From contig OZ374558.1 of the NCBI GenBank assembly GCA_977862235.1, forward strand, positions 2,666,001-2,730,000: a DNA stretch of 64,000 bases. The letters run 5' to 3'. The translations under genes were made by a program, and so were the position numbers. Shown here piece after piece: positions 47,346 through 60,600 of the stretch. Every line of letters begins with the position of its first letter. The stretch's first letter is position 1. The notes beneath the pieces are model-generated. The model had not been told where the DNA came from and did no database searches. It saw only the letters and a program-made list of their open reading frames with translations. The DNA is from Dudresnaya verticillata. Taxonomy: Eukaryota.

Positions 47346-48926
47346 TCAGTCGTAATCAAACCCATCGGATTCAGAACTGATAAACCCAAAGCTAGTTATG
47401 CTTTTCTTCACCGCCCTCTCGACCTCAACTTGATACTCATACCGCACTTCGCGATCGCACTGGAGCGCAGAATCACAGCAAAACACTCCGACTTGGTCCT
47501 TGAGGACTGTTTCAAGCCCGACATACAAGTCATTATACGAAAATAGCCTTGCAACGAGGCGTAGTACTATCACAGCCACAACTAGTGCCGATAGCAAGGG
47601 GAACCCCACAAGCACACTTCTGCGTCTTACTATCGGGAAATCATCCACCGAGATATACTTTGTGGAATTGCTGCCTTCCATTGCGTTTGATGAGTAGTAT
47701 TCTCCGACTTGTGTTGCGCTTTGTAGAGCGAAACGTTTCCTCGGCTCTGCAGCATGCATACGCCCTCCCAACTTTGGCAACGTTTTAAACGGGTTGCTCC
47801 CGAAAACCATTTGGGCCATCGTGCCGGAAGGTTTCCTCTTTGGGTTCTTGGCAAGGTAAGCGTACGACCGTGTTGCATTTTGCTGTCGGGTGAGGAGATC
47901 CATCACATCGAACGACTCTGCAGGTATCAACCCGAAATGACCCAGCGCGGTGTCGACGGTACGCTGCAACAAGGACTCGGTATAGTTTGCACATGTAGCC
48001 GGCTGCGAAGCAACGAAGCGGTCCCGAGACGGTTCAACTTTCATAGGCGGAGGGGAGCGATAGCCGGTGACGCAGTGCTTGTGGAGGAAACGCTGCATAA
48101 CGAGGAACAGCTTGGCGGTATCGCCGGTGGTGACACGGTGGCGCAGACGATAGAAGCGGCCATCCAAGCGCAGGTCGGTGTACAAAGTGAGCTGGTAGCG
48201 CAGCTGCGGCATGATAAGATCCACAACAAGCACATCATCGTCTGCTCGGGTGTCGACGACCATCTGCCCGGTGGTAGACACAGTCGCGTTGCCAGGCGCT
48301 GGATAAGGATATTCAACCATAAAGCCCGAGCACAGGAAAAACATGGCCACCGGCGTGTCGACGTGCCGGTACGGCGGGACGAATCTGTTACACCCGGGGT
48401 GAGATGGAACACTAAGCGAGTGTTGGTACGGGCGCTTCAAGACACCCAGGGCGACCGGCTGGAAACCCACGGCGCGGAAGGAGCGCATGCCGTCGGTCTC
48501 GAGCGTGAGCGCGACAGCGAGCAGGTTGGCGAGGGCGGGGGCTGCGAACAGCGCGAGCAGGACGAGGCGCGTTCGGGCACGCTCTGGCGGGCGGGCGCGC
48601 AAGGCGTGCAGTAGCGTGTGCGGCGAGGCGTCGTCGCAGATGAGCTGCAGCGCAAGCGCGGACTGGGGCGCCGTGCCCGGCGGCTTGAGACCCTGCAGCA
48701 GGTCGGTGACCGAGGCGGACAGCTCGTACGCGAGCAGGGTTGTTAGGAAGGCGGTTAGGAGGGGGTTTAGCACTGGCTCCGGAGGCGACCAGTTCCATGC
48801 TGACGGGGGGAGCAGTTGGCCTGGGGGTGGCATTGTGGAAAGGGATGGGTACCGTGGCGAAGGGGGATGCGGGTGGGGATAGCGGCGACGGCTCGGGGGT
48901 TGGTTGTTTAAAAGGACTTTCGGCAT
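47346..48926 (-). CDS. Multi-pass membrane protein of unknown function, paralog of 43590-45032
   Basis: LNPLLTAFLTTLLAYE..DLLQGLKPPG vs LNALAVATIATLLSFQ..DLLLGCKPRG; AP..N..LTL..SF...GF..VA.GV; RRR..G...LS......V.RL.A.....ND..VGL; start codon uncertain. Confidence 0.85.
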   Translation of the reverse strand: MPKVLLNNQPPSRRRYPHPHPPSPRYPSLSTMPPPGQLLPPSAWNWSPPEPVLNPLLTAFLTTLLAYELSASVTDLLQGLKPPGTAPQSALALQLICDDASPHTLLHALRARPPERARTRLVLLALFAAPALANLLAVALTLETDGMRSFRAVGFQPVALGVLKRPYQHSLSVPSHPGCNRFVPPYRHVDTPVAMFFLCSGFMVEYPYPAPGNATVSTTGQMVVDTRADDDVLVVDLIMPQLRYQLTLYTDLRLDGRFYRLRHRVTTGDTAKLFLVMQRFLHKHCVTGYRSPPPMKVEPSRDRFVASQPATCANYTESLLQRTVDTALGHFGLIPAESFDVMDLLTRQQNATRSYAYLAKNPKRKPSGTMAQMVFGSNPFKTLPKLGGRMHAAEPRKRFALQSATQVGEYYSSNAMEGSNSTKYISVDDFPIVRRRSVLVGFPLLSALVVAVIVLRLVARLFSYNDLYVGLETVLKDQVGVFCCDSALQCDREVRYEYQVEVERAVKKSITSFGFISSESDGFDYD

Positions 48927-51229
48927 TGATGCCTTTTGTATGGGCAAGAACGAGAATAGACGACGTTAGGGCGTAGAAACAATTGTGCACACTCAAACAA
49001 AGTGAGAGTTCCTCAATCTCCGTATAAATAAATCAATCGGGTGAGCCACTCAAGTCCACTCTTCTTGTCGTCATCCTCACCAAACTTGCTCGCCTGCTTC
49101 TCCTCCACGTCCGTGCGCGGCTCGTATGATACAGTTCCTACAACTGCACATTGATGGCCACCTTGTTCGCTCAACCAGCCCCGTGAGAATGGGAACAGTT
49201 GCAAGCCTTGAGCCGGACCACAACCGACGTGCGCCCGACACACGCCGCCGGTCGGTCGATCGCCTTCGCCCGCGGCCCACCGGCTTTGGGCACATTTCCG
49301 ACAGCCCCCGGCGACCACCGCGGCTGCCTTTCGTGTCCGCTCTGCCTTGCACCACCTCCACCTTCTCCCAAGGCTCACCCCCAAAGTTCTCAGCTCCGAT
49401 AGAACCTCTCATAGCATTGAGCACATCCGCCGAGCTGGCCTACACCGCACGTACGACGCTCCCGCCTCCGCTGCTTCCACACATCAACAAGCATTGCTTT
49501 GTACAGTGATGACTCATACGCCATCGTTGCCGATGCTGGCGCACTTCAAATCATCTCGTCAAGCTAAATCTCGCCTTGAACAGCGCGCAAGGAACTTCAA
49601 TGCCAGCCGTTGACTCAACCGCCGCACTAAATGGGAAGCGTTTTGCTCAAAGGGAACCAAGAAGAGGAATACAGTCAATGAGCTTTGCTTTTGCCAATGC
49701 GAAAAAGGCCAATGTGACAACACAATGGGAATGTTTTCGCTTCGATAGACGTGAATGTCCCTTTCCTTCTGACAACGAAAAAGGAAATGTAGTGAACACG
49801 CGGATGAGGCTAGTGCTAATCAATCTGTAGACATCCATACTTCCAACGTCGTAAGGTCGCTAAAGTAAGTTGATTGTCACATCTGTATAATCCCTGGTAG
49901 TAGAACACTGTTGCATCACACACACATACATTGACAATAATTGCAGCTCCTGGAAGAAATGCGCATGCATTTGGATTGCCCACTCGACCACACTGACACT
50001 ACCTATCTCTGCTTCATCTGTGCTGTTGAAGCCAAATGCCACATCTTAAGCTGGCCCTCTATGAAAGGCATAAAGTCATTTGGAGACATTGCGGCTGTCT
50101 CGGTACAGCGCTGATAAGTCGAAACATTGACGACTCAGGGAAGCGCAGGGCCTTACACCGACCCGAGAGGTTATTCATATGGTATCGATGGTTTATGCTG
50201 ATAAAAAGGTAATGAATACGGGGAATTGCGAGCTCGGCTAAGCGTCCGAAACACCGAGTGGGTAGCACGGGTCTGAGTTCCCAGTTTGGACACTGTAGAG
50301 CCAAATATGTGTCACCCGTCGCGAGCAGAATCAGAAGAATGCTAACAGATGCAATCTCGCGCCGGAAACCAGATTTCATGTTACTACAGACAATGGTATC
50401 AGAATATGCAAAGTGCAACTCTGGGTCTCCCTCTGTAGCGTCTTGCAGGTAGGTTAGTAGACCGATACTTGAATAATAATGACGCAGAGGCGTAAGGAGT
50501 GACGATTGGCAAAGAGTGTGGCTAGTGTCAGAGGGTGTGTCTGTGTGTGCTTTTTCCCTGATGCCTTTACTCGCCGCAATGTCGGCGATTAAGTACTGTC
50601 CGGGGAGCGGATAGCTCCCCACCTGCTCCACCGTGCAAAAACAGCTTCCCGCAGGCAGGTGTCCGGAATGAGTACCGGTCGCCAGTTGGAGCTCCATTCA
50701 TCACTGTTACTAAGCTTTCTGGTCTACGGAGAATGTCATTAGACAAAAACTATGATTTCCGAGCCACGCCAGTTAGAGCTCCTTTAATTGCTTTTACGGA
50801 GCTTTCTCGTCTACGCAGAATGTCATTAGACAAACACCTCCGGTTTTCGATCCACACTATAGAATACCAAAGGGAATAGAAAGACTAAGGCGCATTTTCC
50901 CCATAGCATAGTACGTAGCGCTACACGAGGAAGCTGTCTGCGGTAGGCTCCCCAGATAGCAAACATCCAACACAGTACATTGAAATGAGATAATTGATGA
51001 AGCTCGAAAAGAGAAAGAGACATATTGCCAATCGCGCGAGTGATGCAGGGCGTTACAGTGCCCCGTGAGCTTCAGGTATCGCTCTTGCATTTCAGTACAT
51101 CAATGCACGAAAGCTCAGTGAGTTGCGGACAGCATGCGCGCGCGTTGCTTGAGCCTGCGATCGTTGGAGGACTGCAAGTAATGAGTATATTATAGCTGTC
51201 ATCACACTATCAGCAGCGGCAGTAAGGTA

Positions 51230-52553
51230 CAGTACCGCCAATATATATAGCACCACCCCCCTAAATGGGCATGCGTCAAAAGCAACATTGATTAACAAAA
51301 AAGCGGCTACTGTACAGAACATTAAGTGGCCCGAGAAACCCGAATCTGCAATTCATTTTATCGAGTCTTTATTGGTTCAAAAGTTATCTAAAGATTCCAA
51401 GATATGGGGAGTCTCTAATTAAAGACTACAACGTAATGTAGCACACAACACGGCGAACTAATACTTCGTGGGACCTCCCTTTAGCAGTATGGAACCGGCC
51501 AAAAACAGCAAAGAACAACAAAAGACAGCTGTCCGATATCACACGCTAATTGGTGGTAGCTCGAAGGAGGGTTGCTAGAGGCTTGGAAAAAGGCGGGCCC
51601 TGATGACCCGAAAGGGGGGGTGCGGAAGCTTGGTAAAGACTCGGCGCGACCGACTGAGGGAAAGTATAGAGGTTGCGACCCGGTATTTCGTAGAGTACTT
51701 GTCGTACGATGTCCGGGCCTGTACTGGGCGACCCCTGCAGGCGCGGAGCGTCCGAGCGACCAAAACGTGGAAACTTCCCGAACAACTCCGCTGAGTGTTT
51801 ATTCTGAGGGCGCCGGCTATTCCGGCGCCCATAAGTAGGGCTTGACAGCCTAAAAGTCTATCAGCCCGAAAGGGGGTCTAAGTTAGTCTATGATTATAGT
51901 TACGTAGGTTAGTACAGTCAGTACGAGTCAAAAGTGGGAATGCATTCCAGTTAGGGGACTTGGTGGCGGATACGCCGGTGCGCAAGCTGAGGTCCCGGCT
52001 GCATTGTCGATACCCTGAGCGCAGAGGTGCTCCTGGTTCGTGAGTAGGAGCGCAGCGGCGCGTCATAAATCAGCCAACGCGAGGTGTCCAACTGGCGTCA
52101 TTACAAGGCCACGTGTATGCCACGTGTATAGCTGTAAGTCCACGTGTACAGCTGTAATGCCACGTGTACACACGTGTACACACGTGTATTCCACGTGCCC
52201 TCCACGTGTACAGCGATGAAAGGACAGCTGTCCTGATTAAGGGACAGTCTGTCCCGCGAAAAGGAAGGCGCTCCTGTAAGCCCTTCTGTTGACAGCGTCC
52301 ATGCTGCCACACTCCCTTGGCAAAGGCACATTCAAAGCAACGCTTCTGCATGCTCGCCACGAGGTTGTCTAGTGTTTCTGCCTGAATGGCGTCCCAAGAA
52401 TCCATCACACAGTCAAGGAGCTCATCAGTGTTAGAAAACTGTCGTTGGTGGGCGTATACCTTCCTTGCAAGAATCGCCCAGAGATTCTCGATGGGGTTGA
52501 GATCTGGGCTTTTCGCTGGCCAATCCATTACAGGCACCTCCTCCTCTTCAAAC
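51230..52553 (-). mobile_element. 3' remnant of a Tc1/mariner transposon, interrupted by a solo LTR and by Gypsy copy 2
   Basis: WPAKSPDLNPIENLW...SMQKRCFECAFAKG; removing the solo LTR restores the ending GGPTKY*; candidate terminus TA|CAGT at 51228-51233. Confidence 0.85.
51480..52311. mobile_element. Solo LTR, family B (832 bp)
   Basis: TSD CTCCC (51475-51479, 52312-52316); near-identical to 61890-62721; one terminus mutated TG>TT. Confidence 0.92.
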
Positions 52554-53461
52554 TGTGTTGCAAAACGTCTAGGACGATAGACCGCCGAGCAGTTCGGGGC
52601 TCGGTGGGTAGCTGCGCCCTTGGCGAGAGGTGGTCCCGCCGTGGGCGACTTGGTGGTAGAGCAAAGGAACACGCCTTGGGCGTACTGTAGACGCCCGAGG
52701 CGGAAGGTGTGAAGGAAGGGAAAAGGAAACAGAAAGGGGAACACGTCAAGGACGATGGTAGACGTGGAAGCACGGGAGGTAGACGCTTAGCCGTAGGCGG
52801 TAGGGTACGCGCGTGCGGAACGGGGAAGTCTGGACCAAGGCCGGCTTGCCCGGGCGTTTACTGTTACCTCTGGGACGGCTTACCTAAGTATAGTACGGCG
52901 GTGCGGCGGCGGCGGTGCGTATGCGTAGCGCGGGAACTCGGGACACGTGTCGTCCCGAGGCGCGTCTGACAGATCACCTATCGCATGCAGCTGCGCGCCT
53001 GACAGGTTGCCGTGCAATCCCCTGTATGGGTGCTTACACACACACGTGGACGCGTGGACCTTACAGCCGTGCGTGCGCGCGCACTGTAGAGCGTGCGCAT
53101 TAGATCTAATCCGATACTTGTCCGATCCCGATCCCATCCGGATCGGGCCAGCAATGCGAATACCCGCAGCCTTACAGGCGCGGATCTTACAGCTTAGGCG
53201 ATCCGGATAGCCAATCCGGATACCGGATCCGGATCCCATCTGGATCCGTATTACAGTGTCCCGGGGCGCCACGTCGGGCCATCACCGTACAGTGCCCGCG
53301 TGGCGCGCGGCGCGCAGTGTGCGCGCGCGCCCCAGTGAGCCGTCGATGACGTGTTCGCGCGCCAACGGCGGTGGTGAGCGCCGGTGGCGGTTTCTCCGTC
53401 GGTCGACGTATTTGGTCTGCCCGCTTTCAGCGAAAAAGGGCTCACCTCCCCTTGCACCACA
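52554..53461 (-). repeat. 3' LTR, family A copy 2
   Basis: Reverse complement of the family A LTR; PPT (ccccctcc) adjacent at 53465-53472. Confidence 0.93.
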
Positions 53462-54065
53462 CGACCCCCTCCAAAACGCGAACACGACCCGACCCTCAAC
53501 CTGCTGCCGTGCGTTCTGCCGTTGCGTCCTGCCGACTTCCGCGCCTTGCGAGCGAGTCCCCGCGCCTTCGCGTATCGTATTGGTGCGCCGCGTGCGACTG
53601 CGACCTCGGCTGTGCCGTAAGAACTCCGCTCTTGTTGCGTTTGCGTACTCGTGCGGCTGCGTACGCTGCCCCGACATCTCCGCCTGTGGCGCGTAACGAG
53701 CTCCGTCGTTGACGTCTATCGTATATCCCTCGCCTGGGGCGTTGCAACTTAATCGTCATCGACGTCGTTTGCCTTCGGCATCGCCATGGGCGCAGCAGTC
53801 GAACGTCGTTGACGCGGGTTTCCTTCTCTCGCCTAAGGCGTCGCAACAGTAGTCGTCTTCGACGTTGTGTGCTTTTGGCATCGCCATTGGCGCAGCAGCT
53901 GAACGTCGTCGACGTGGGTTTCGTTTCCTCGCCTAAGGCGTTACAACAGTAATCGTCTTCGACGCACGCTTTTTGAAGCTTTCGCCAGTGGCGCAGAACA
54001 CGAGTCGTCTTTGACGTTTGTACAAGCATCGCCTTTGGCGTTAACATATTCTCGTCGTTGACGTC

Positions 54066-56372
54066 ATGCCGATGTTCAATCGCATGCAGGTGGCGGCGCC
54101 CGCGGCTGCGCCGGTGTACGCTTCGCCGGTCGACTTCGTCGGAAAGAACCCTCGCGATCACGCGCATTTCTTCGCGCGGGTCCCCTGGTTTGACCAGGAG
54201 GCTTTGCGCGAGGAGGAATTGGTCGCCCATTACGCTACTAGCGGTTTCTTGCCGGGGGGCCTGCCCCTCGGCGTCGTCTGGACGTTGGAATGGAAGTTAC
54301 GCTGCGCCGTTCCTGCGGAATGGCTTTGGGTGCGAGCGGGACAGTCGCGTGCGGACGTCCACGCGCAGTTCATCTCAGACGTGTATCGTCGCTTCACGCG
54401 GTATCCGGGTCGACGTTAACGCCGCCCCTGTTCAATTATGATGCGGGACAGTACCGCACAGCCGGCGAAGCCGAATATGGTGCTCGTCTTGGGACTTTAT
54501 CGCTCAAACACGTGAGCGTGTCGGTTGAACCGCGCGTGTTGGGAGAGGCCTACCTGTTAGGCGTACGCTTGAAAGCGGATTTTCGTTTCTTGCATCGTAC
54601 GGGTACGTTCTTTTGGGAGCGTTGTATCCGGTGGGAGTGCGAGACGCGTCGCCGAAAGGGCGTATTCGTGCCTTACCAGGACATGCAGGTCGATCGCATT
54701 GAGCGTAGTAAGTTACCGTTTTGTTTCGTGAAGGTACCGCCTGTATGGCGAGAGTTTGAGATATGCGAGGGTTTCTCCGTAGAGCTTCCTCCGTGTGTCA
54801 CGTATCTTGGTTCCGAGCTGATGACCGACCCCTATTCCAGGTATTGGATCGTGTTTTACACGGAGTGGGTCGCCAATGTGGCGTATGCGTGGTTATGGGA
54901 GGTGTATGACACCTTCCGTATGTACCACTTGCCCCCGCGTGTGGTGGCTCAGCTTGGCAGCCTCGACTTGGTCGAAATATTTGGCGGGTCCCGGAACGCC
55001 GAGGAGTTCTGGAACCTACACGCTGTGGCGGATGAGATCGATTGGAACGACCCGGCAATGGTGCCGTATGCGAACAACCGCCGTAAGGCGAACCGTCCGC
55101 GATTCGCGATGAGTCGGACTCACTCCGCCTGTGGCGATTGGGACCATTATAACCCGTGGACTAAGCGTTGTACGACGAAGAACATTGCGGAGCGCCATCG
55201 CAAAACGGACCGCTTCACCCCGGGTAATCACCCGCGTGGTTTGCGTAAGAGCTGCGACTTTGTCGGTGATTTTCCTCCGCATTTGAGCGCCTTAATGGCC
55301 GGGGAGGATGCGTTTAACGCCGATGGCGGACCGGAGAACCCGTCTGGGACGGACATTGCTGCGTCTATGGCGGTTGAGTCAACTGCCGAGCCTGCGCCCG
55401 CGTCGTCGGCTTTGCCCGGAGGCGCTGTCGGTGGCGGTGGAGTGCCAGCTGGCCTGCCAGCTGTTGCTCCTCTGGACCTCGCGGCTCCCGTCGCAAACGA
55501 TGATGGCGATGCCGTTATGGCAACGCCAATAGTGGAGTCGGCCCCGCCGACCGTGACGCCTCAAGGCGAAGCATCGAACGTCGCAGACGGTTCTGGGGGT
55601 CCAGCTTCGGTGCCGGTTTGGACCGAAGAACAGCGCCGCACCGTGCTTGCGTTATTGCAGGCGGCAGGCGTCGCTACTAGCGGTCTGAGCGGCTCACCCA
55701 CTGAGTGGATGAGCCAAGCGTTGTCGACTGCGGTTCCACCTCAGGGTGGACCCGCACCGAAGTCGACTAGTGTCGTAGGTTCTCCGTCGAAGGACGGTGT
55801 GGCAGAGATGCCTTCGTCGCCTAAGGCGAATGGTCCGGCGTCTAAAGACGTGAGTATGACTATACCGCCTGTGTCGAGCGAAGCGAATGCCGCTACAGCG
55901 TCGTTGACGGTTCCAAAGGGGCCAGGGGCTCCTGCGTCATTGACGGGTGTCGGGTTAACAACGCCGAAGGCGAGTGAAGAAGCGACGCCAATCAAGGCGG
56001 CTTCTGAACTGACGCCAAAGGCGGTCGACGAGTCGTTGACTAACTACGCTTAAAGCGGATGGGGCTGTGCCCGCGCCTAAGGCGAACGATGGCTTGAGCT
56101 CTGCGCCCGTGGCGGTTGTTTTTGCTTCGTCGCCTTTGGCGGATATTGTCGCGACGACGCCGAAGGCGATTGATGAGTCGCCCATTTCGCCTGCGGCACC
56201 TGTTATAGTCACTCCGGCAGTTGCGGTGGCAAGGCCTTTGCGGTCTGCCCCGGCTCCTGCCGTGAGTGTACCGTCGAGGACGGAGGACGACCTCTACGAA
56301 GAGGCGTTGCGTGATTCCGCCGAAGGCGCCGTGGGTGTACCACCCGATTCATCTGCGACGAAAGAGTCTTGA
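54066..56372 (+). pseudogene. Antisense accessory ORF, copy 2, frameshifted near 54410 and 56045
   Basis: ORFs 54066-54419, 54290-56053 and 56067-56372 together reconstitute the 767-aa protein. Confidence 0.9.
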
Positions 56373-57631
56373 TGTCGTTTGAGCAACGGATAGCGGACGC
56401 GAGGTGCGTATTAAGTTGCCCTTCGGCTCCCTTGCGGGACCGATGAGCGGGGTATTCCCCCTTCGTCTTTGACGATTAATGTAGCTGTAGTGGTCGATTG
56501 CTAGGGCGAGGGGTTGTCCCCATTTGTTTTTAGCCCAGTAAACTTCGGCCATTGTCAGCCTCTTTGTGTGTCGCGTTTCGCGTTGGCCTTAGGGTGTGAC
56601 TTGTGATCCACTTTCGACTTTGCGTCGTGTCCTTGGTTGCCCGCTACAGTAGCGTTTGGCGTTTTGGTGCCATTGGCCTTAGCCGTGCGTTGGCATTTGG
56701 CTTTGTTTGCCCAGTAGGGTCCGCTGTAGTAGCGTTGTTCTTCGTGTTTCACGCGCGTCAGGCGCGCGGCGTTGGCGTATTTCCGCTTACTTAGCGTTTT
56801 GTTTTTTGTAGTTCATGTGTCGCACTGCGCCTTGGGCGTGGTTTGTCGGCGTCCTCGACGACGGTCGCGAAGGCGGTGAGGTAGGTTTTGACGCTTCGGC
56901 GTTGTGGGTAGGGTAGAGTTGTCGGTCGCGCTTGCGCGACTGCGCGGCGGCTGCAGGCAGCGGCGGAGTCGTTGGCGATTTGTTGGCGCGTCGTGCAAGG
57001 AACCCGCAGCAACTGCGTCTTCGACCACCTTCCCCCCCCTCGGGGGTGGGTTTGTCGGTGCGCCCTTTCTCGGCGAGTTACGTCGGAGACGTTCGACGGG
57101 TCTTGCGCGCGGGACCGTGGCCGGCAGGGTGGCGGTCCCGGGGACTTGGCCGTGGGGGTGAGGCACGTCTCGACGTCGGAGACGGTTGTTGTGCGCTGCC
57201 ACTTTGCGCCTGTCGTCGCTGGTGCTCGTAGCGCCTGCTCAGCCACTTGGCATAATTGCGTTCGTCGTGCGTTGACGGCGGGGTGGTGCGCGCTGCCGTG
57301 TTTGGAAATTAAAATTGGACCAATTACTGCCTCATATTACCCGAGGGGCGCCGGTGGCGGATCTCGATTTGCAATCTGGATCACTGTCAACAGCGCACCC
57401 ATCCAGAGGTTCCATATGGGGGCTGCTGCGAGGTGGCGTGCGCGAGGCTGTCTATGACGCAACGACTTGCGTCCGCGTTCGTCCATGGCGTGCACACGTG
57501 GTTGGCGCTGTCGCTCTGGCGACCGCGTCCACAGGCTATGGGTTGAGCTTCCGCGCCTGTAGGGATCGGGGGTCGAGCACGCGGTCTCGATCGTCCGTCC
57601 ATTCGCTTCCAGCGGTATTTCTGGATTAGGG

Positions 57632-60600
57632 TTAGCCGCGCTGCGCGTTGTCGACGTTTGGCGGCAGCTGCGTACGTTTTCGACGGTGGTATCGTGTGAC
57701 GTGGGAGCACGGCAAACTGGAGACTGGCTCCCAGGTGTTCGCTGAAGCGGGGTATCCAAACCACTTGACGCGGTAGAGGATCTCATCATCATCCGCGTAT
57801 GCGTGCGACTCTATGCGTTCAATCACGTATTCTTTTCCGCTCACAGCGTTCGGCTTGGACGTGGGCCTGTCCAGCACCTTTGCCGGTTTGTCTAGTTGCG
57901 TGATGGGCGTCTGTTCCGGCTCGGCGAAGCGTACTCGACGAGTTGATCGCCGAAGTCGTTGGCCTTGGGCCTCGGACGCTCGATCAGCGGTTAGTGGATT
58001 GCTGCGTCTTGAGACGAGTTCATCGCTTGCAGCGCCTTGCTTCGTGCTTGCACGGTTAACGTCTTCGTTATCGGACGCTCTTTCAGCGGAGTCATTGTTC
58101 TCATTCGGCGGTGCCGTGGCGACGTGTTCCAAACGGGTGCGAACCCCTGGGGTACTGTCGTCGTTGGAGACGGATTGCGAAGCGCGGTCGTTGGGATCGG
58201 CGGCGAAGGGCGAAAGCTCTGCCAACCCACGGCTGCGTGACGCGGTGATGGTACGCTCTTGCGGATCTGCCGCAGTATGCGAAGTGTCTGCGTCCTCTTC
58301 CGGGTCCGCTGGTGGCGTGCTTGGTGTAGTCGTTCCTTCGTCGTGTGACGTGGGGGCGACTGCTCCCTGCTCCTCAGGCGGGCCTGGTGGTACGACGATT
58401 GGAGGGGCCGCCTGACCCGGTGGGGTCGGCGCCCAGACCACGCGGTCTCGGGACAAACGTTCCCGTTCATCACGTCCCTTGTCGACGGTTACTGTTTCGT
58501 TATCAACGTGCGTTACCCGGTATAGTCCGTCCGCCACTGGCGCCAGCTTATGCTTACGCTCTGCGCGATCCGTGCTCCCGCCTCGGGCGAAGTATTCCTT
58601 ACGTACGAATACGAAGTCGCCTACGGCGATTGTTTCCTTCGATTTCCTTAATCGGGTATCGAAATTTCGTTTGTAACGTGCTTGAGTTTTCTCTAACGAC
58701 GCTTTAGCGGTTCCCATCAGTGCGGCCAGCCAGGTTCGCCACTTGCTGTAGTATTGCCCCGCGGTGGGTACGCTTTCGAGGGACGGGTCCGCTTCGAGCG
58801 ACAATGGTCGTGGTGGCTTCGACAGCACCAATTCAAACGGAGCGAGATGCGTAGACGAATGCAACTGTGTGTTGTATGCGAACGTCAAGGCATCCGTGAA
58901 CAGGTCCCAGTCTCTCGGATGATCCGCAACGTAGTGACGCAGCGAGGCCAGGATAGTTCGATTGAATCGTTCTACCTGGCCATTGCATTGCGGATGGTAC
59001 ATCGTGGTGAAGAGATTCTCCACTCCCAAAAGACGGCAGACATCCTGAAACAGCTTAGCCACGAACTGTGGTCCGTTGTCGGACAACAGTTTCTTGGGGG
59101 GGCCGTACACGAAGACCCAATGTCGTACAAACGCCTTAGCGATTTCCAATGCCGTAATACTGCGCAGTGGGACCGTCCGGACCAGCTTCGAGAAGCGGTC
59201 CACAATGACGAGTAGGAACTTGTTTCCTCGCTTCGTGCGTATGAGTTCGCCCAGAATGTCGATCGATACAAACTCGAGAGGCTCGGTTGCCGGGAACATC
59301 ACTTCAATTACTTGGTGTTCTTTCGTAGTAATACGCGATTCTTAGCGCAGGTTACGCAGTTCCGGACGGTCGCATAGCAGTCCACTGGCATCGATGGCCA
59401 ATAGTATTCGCGTCGAAGCGTATGATACAACTTACGCCCCCCTGGGTGCCCTGCCAACTTGGCGTGGTGCCGGAGGTGGAGTAAGCGAGCGCGTAACGCG
59501 GAGGGTACGACCACTTGCGGACGGACTTCCACTGTTCGGACCAACAGGCCCTGTTCATCCGTTGCGAACGGTAATATGATTCCGTCATCCAGACGTTTCT
59601 TGACATCGTTACAGTACTTTTCATCGCCTTGGGCGTGTACCAACTCCTCATGCGTCACTTGACGAAGGAGTACCTCATCCGCCGGTGGCGTGTTGTTGAT
59701 CAACACTTGGTCGAACTCTTCGAACTCTCGTTCAGCAAAGTCGACCTCGCCTTCGGCGTCTGACAGATCGTCCTGTGACGTTTGATGGCCGTCTTCGACG
59801 TAGCTTCCGTGATAGCACGGTATATCATCGGCACTGGGCTCGACGGTTTCTCCCTTCGTCTGTAGACGCGAAAGGGCATCTGCCTGGGTATTCAGGTACC
59901 CCTTTTTGTACTTCACGACAAAGTCGAACTCGGAAAGGCGAAGGCGCCACCGCATTAACCGTCCAGAGGGGTCGCTGATTTCCATCAGCCACCTCAACGA
60001 CGAATGGTCCGTATGGACTGTGAACGACTCCATCTGGAGGTAAGGTCGCAGCGTCATGACGGACCATACTACTGCGAGGCACTCCTTTTCGGAGACCGAG
60101 TAGTTACGCTCTGGAGCGGTGAGCGAGCGGGACCAGAAGCCGAGCGGCTTACGTTCCCCGTCGGACTGCGTCTGAAAGAGAGCGCAGCCGACCTGATACT
60201 CGCTTGCGTCACAATCGACGGAATAGGGGAGACCCTGCTGTGGTAGCGCCAGTATAGGCGGATGAGTCACTGCCTCGACGAGCGTACTGAACGCTTTGGC
60301 TTGTGTCTCATCAAACGGTTGTAACCGGAAGTCATGTTCCTTCCTCAGCAACTTGTTGAGGGGGGCAGCGACATGCGCGTATCGCGAGACGAACCGTCTG
60401 TAGACGTTACAAAGACCGAGGAAACTCCGTAGCTCCTTCTGATCCCGTGGATGCTTGGCTTCGCGTAGCGCGGCAGTGACAGTTCGGTCAACTTCTAACC
60501 GTCCTGGACGTATGACGTGTCCTAAGTAGTTGACGGTCGGGGTGAAGAAGTCACACTTGGTCAACTTCAGAGTCACCCCGGCGCGGTGCAATGTCGAAAG

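Noticed and set aside
50059..50697. 212-aa ATG ORF
   Set aside because: No recognisable domain; coding status unsupported
50712..50838. Two ~39-bp direct repeats with a spacer (CRISPR-like)
   Set aside because: Only two copies, eukaryotic context, no cas genes
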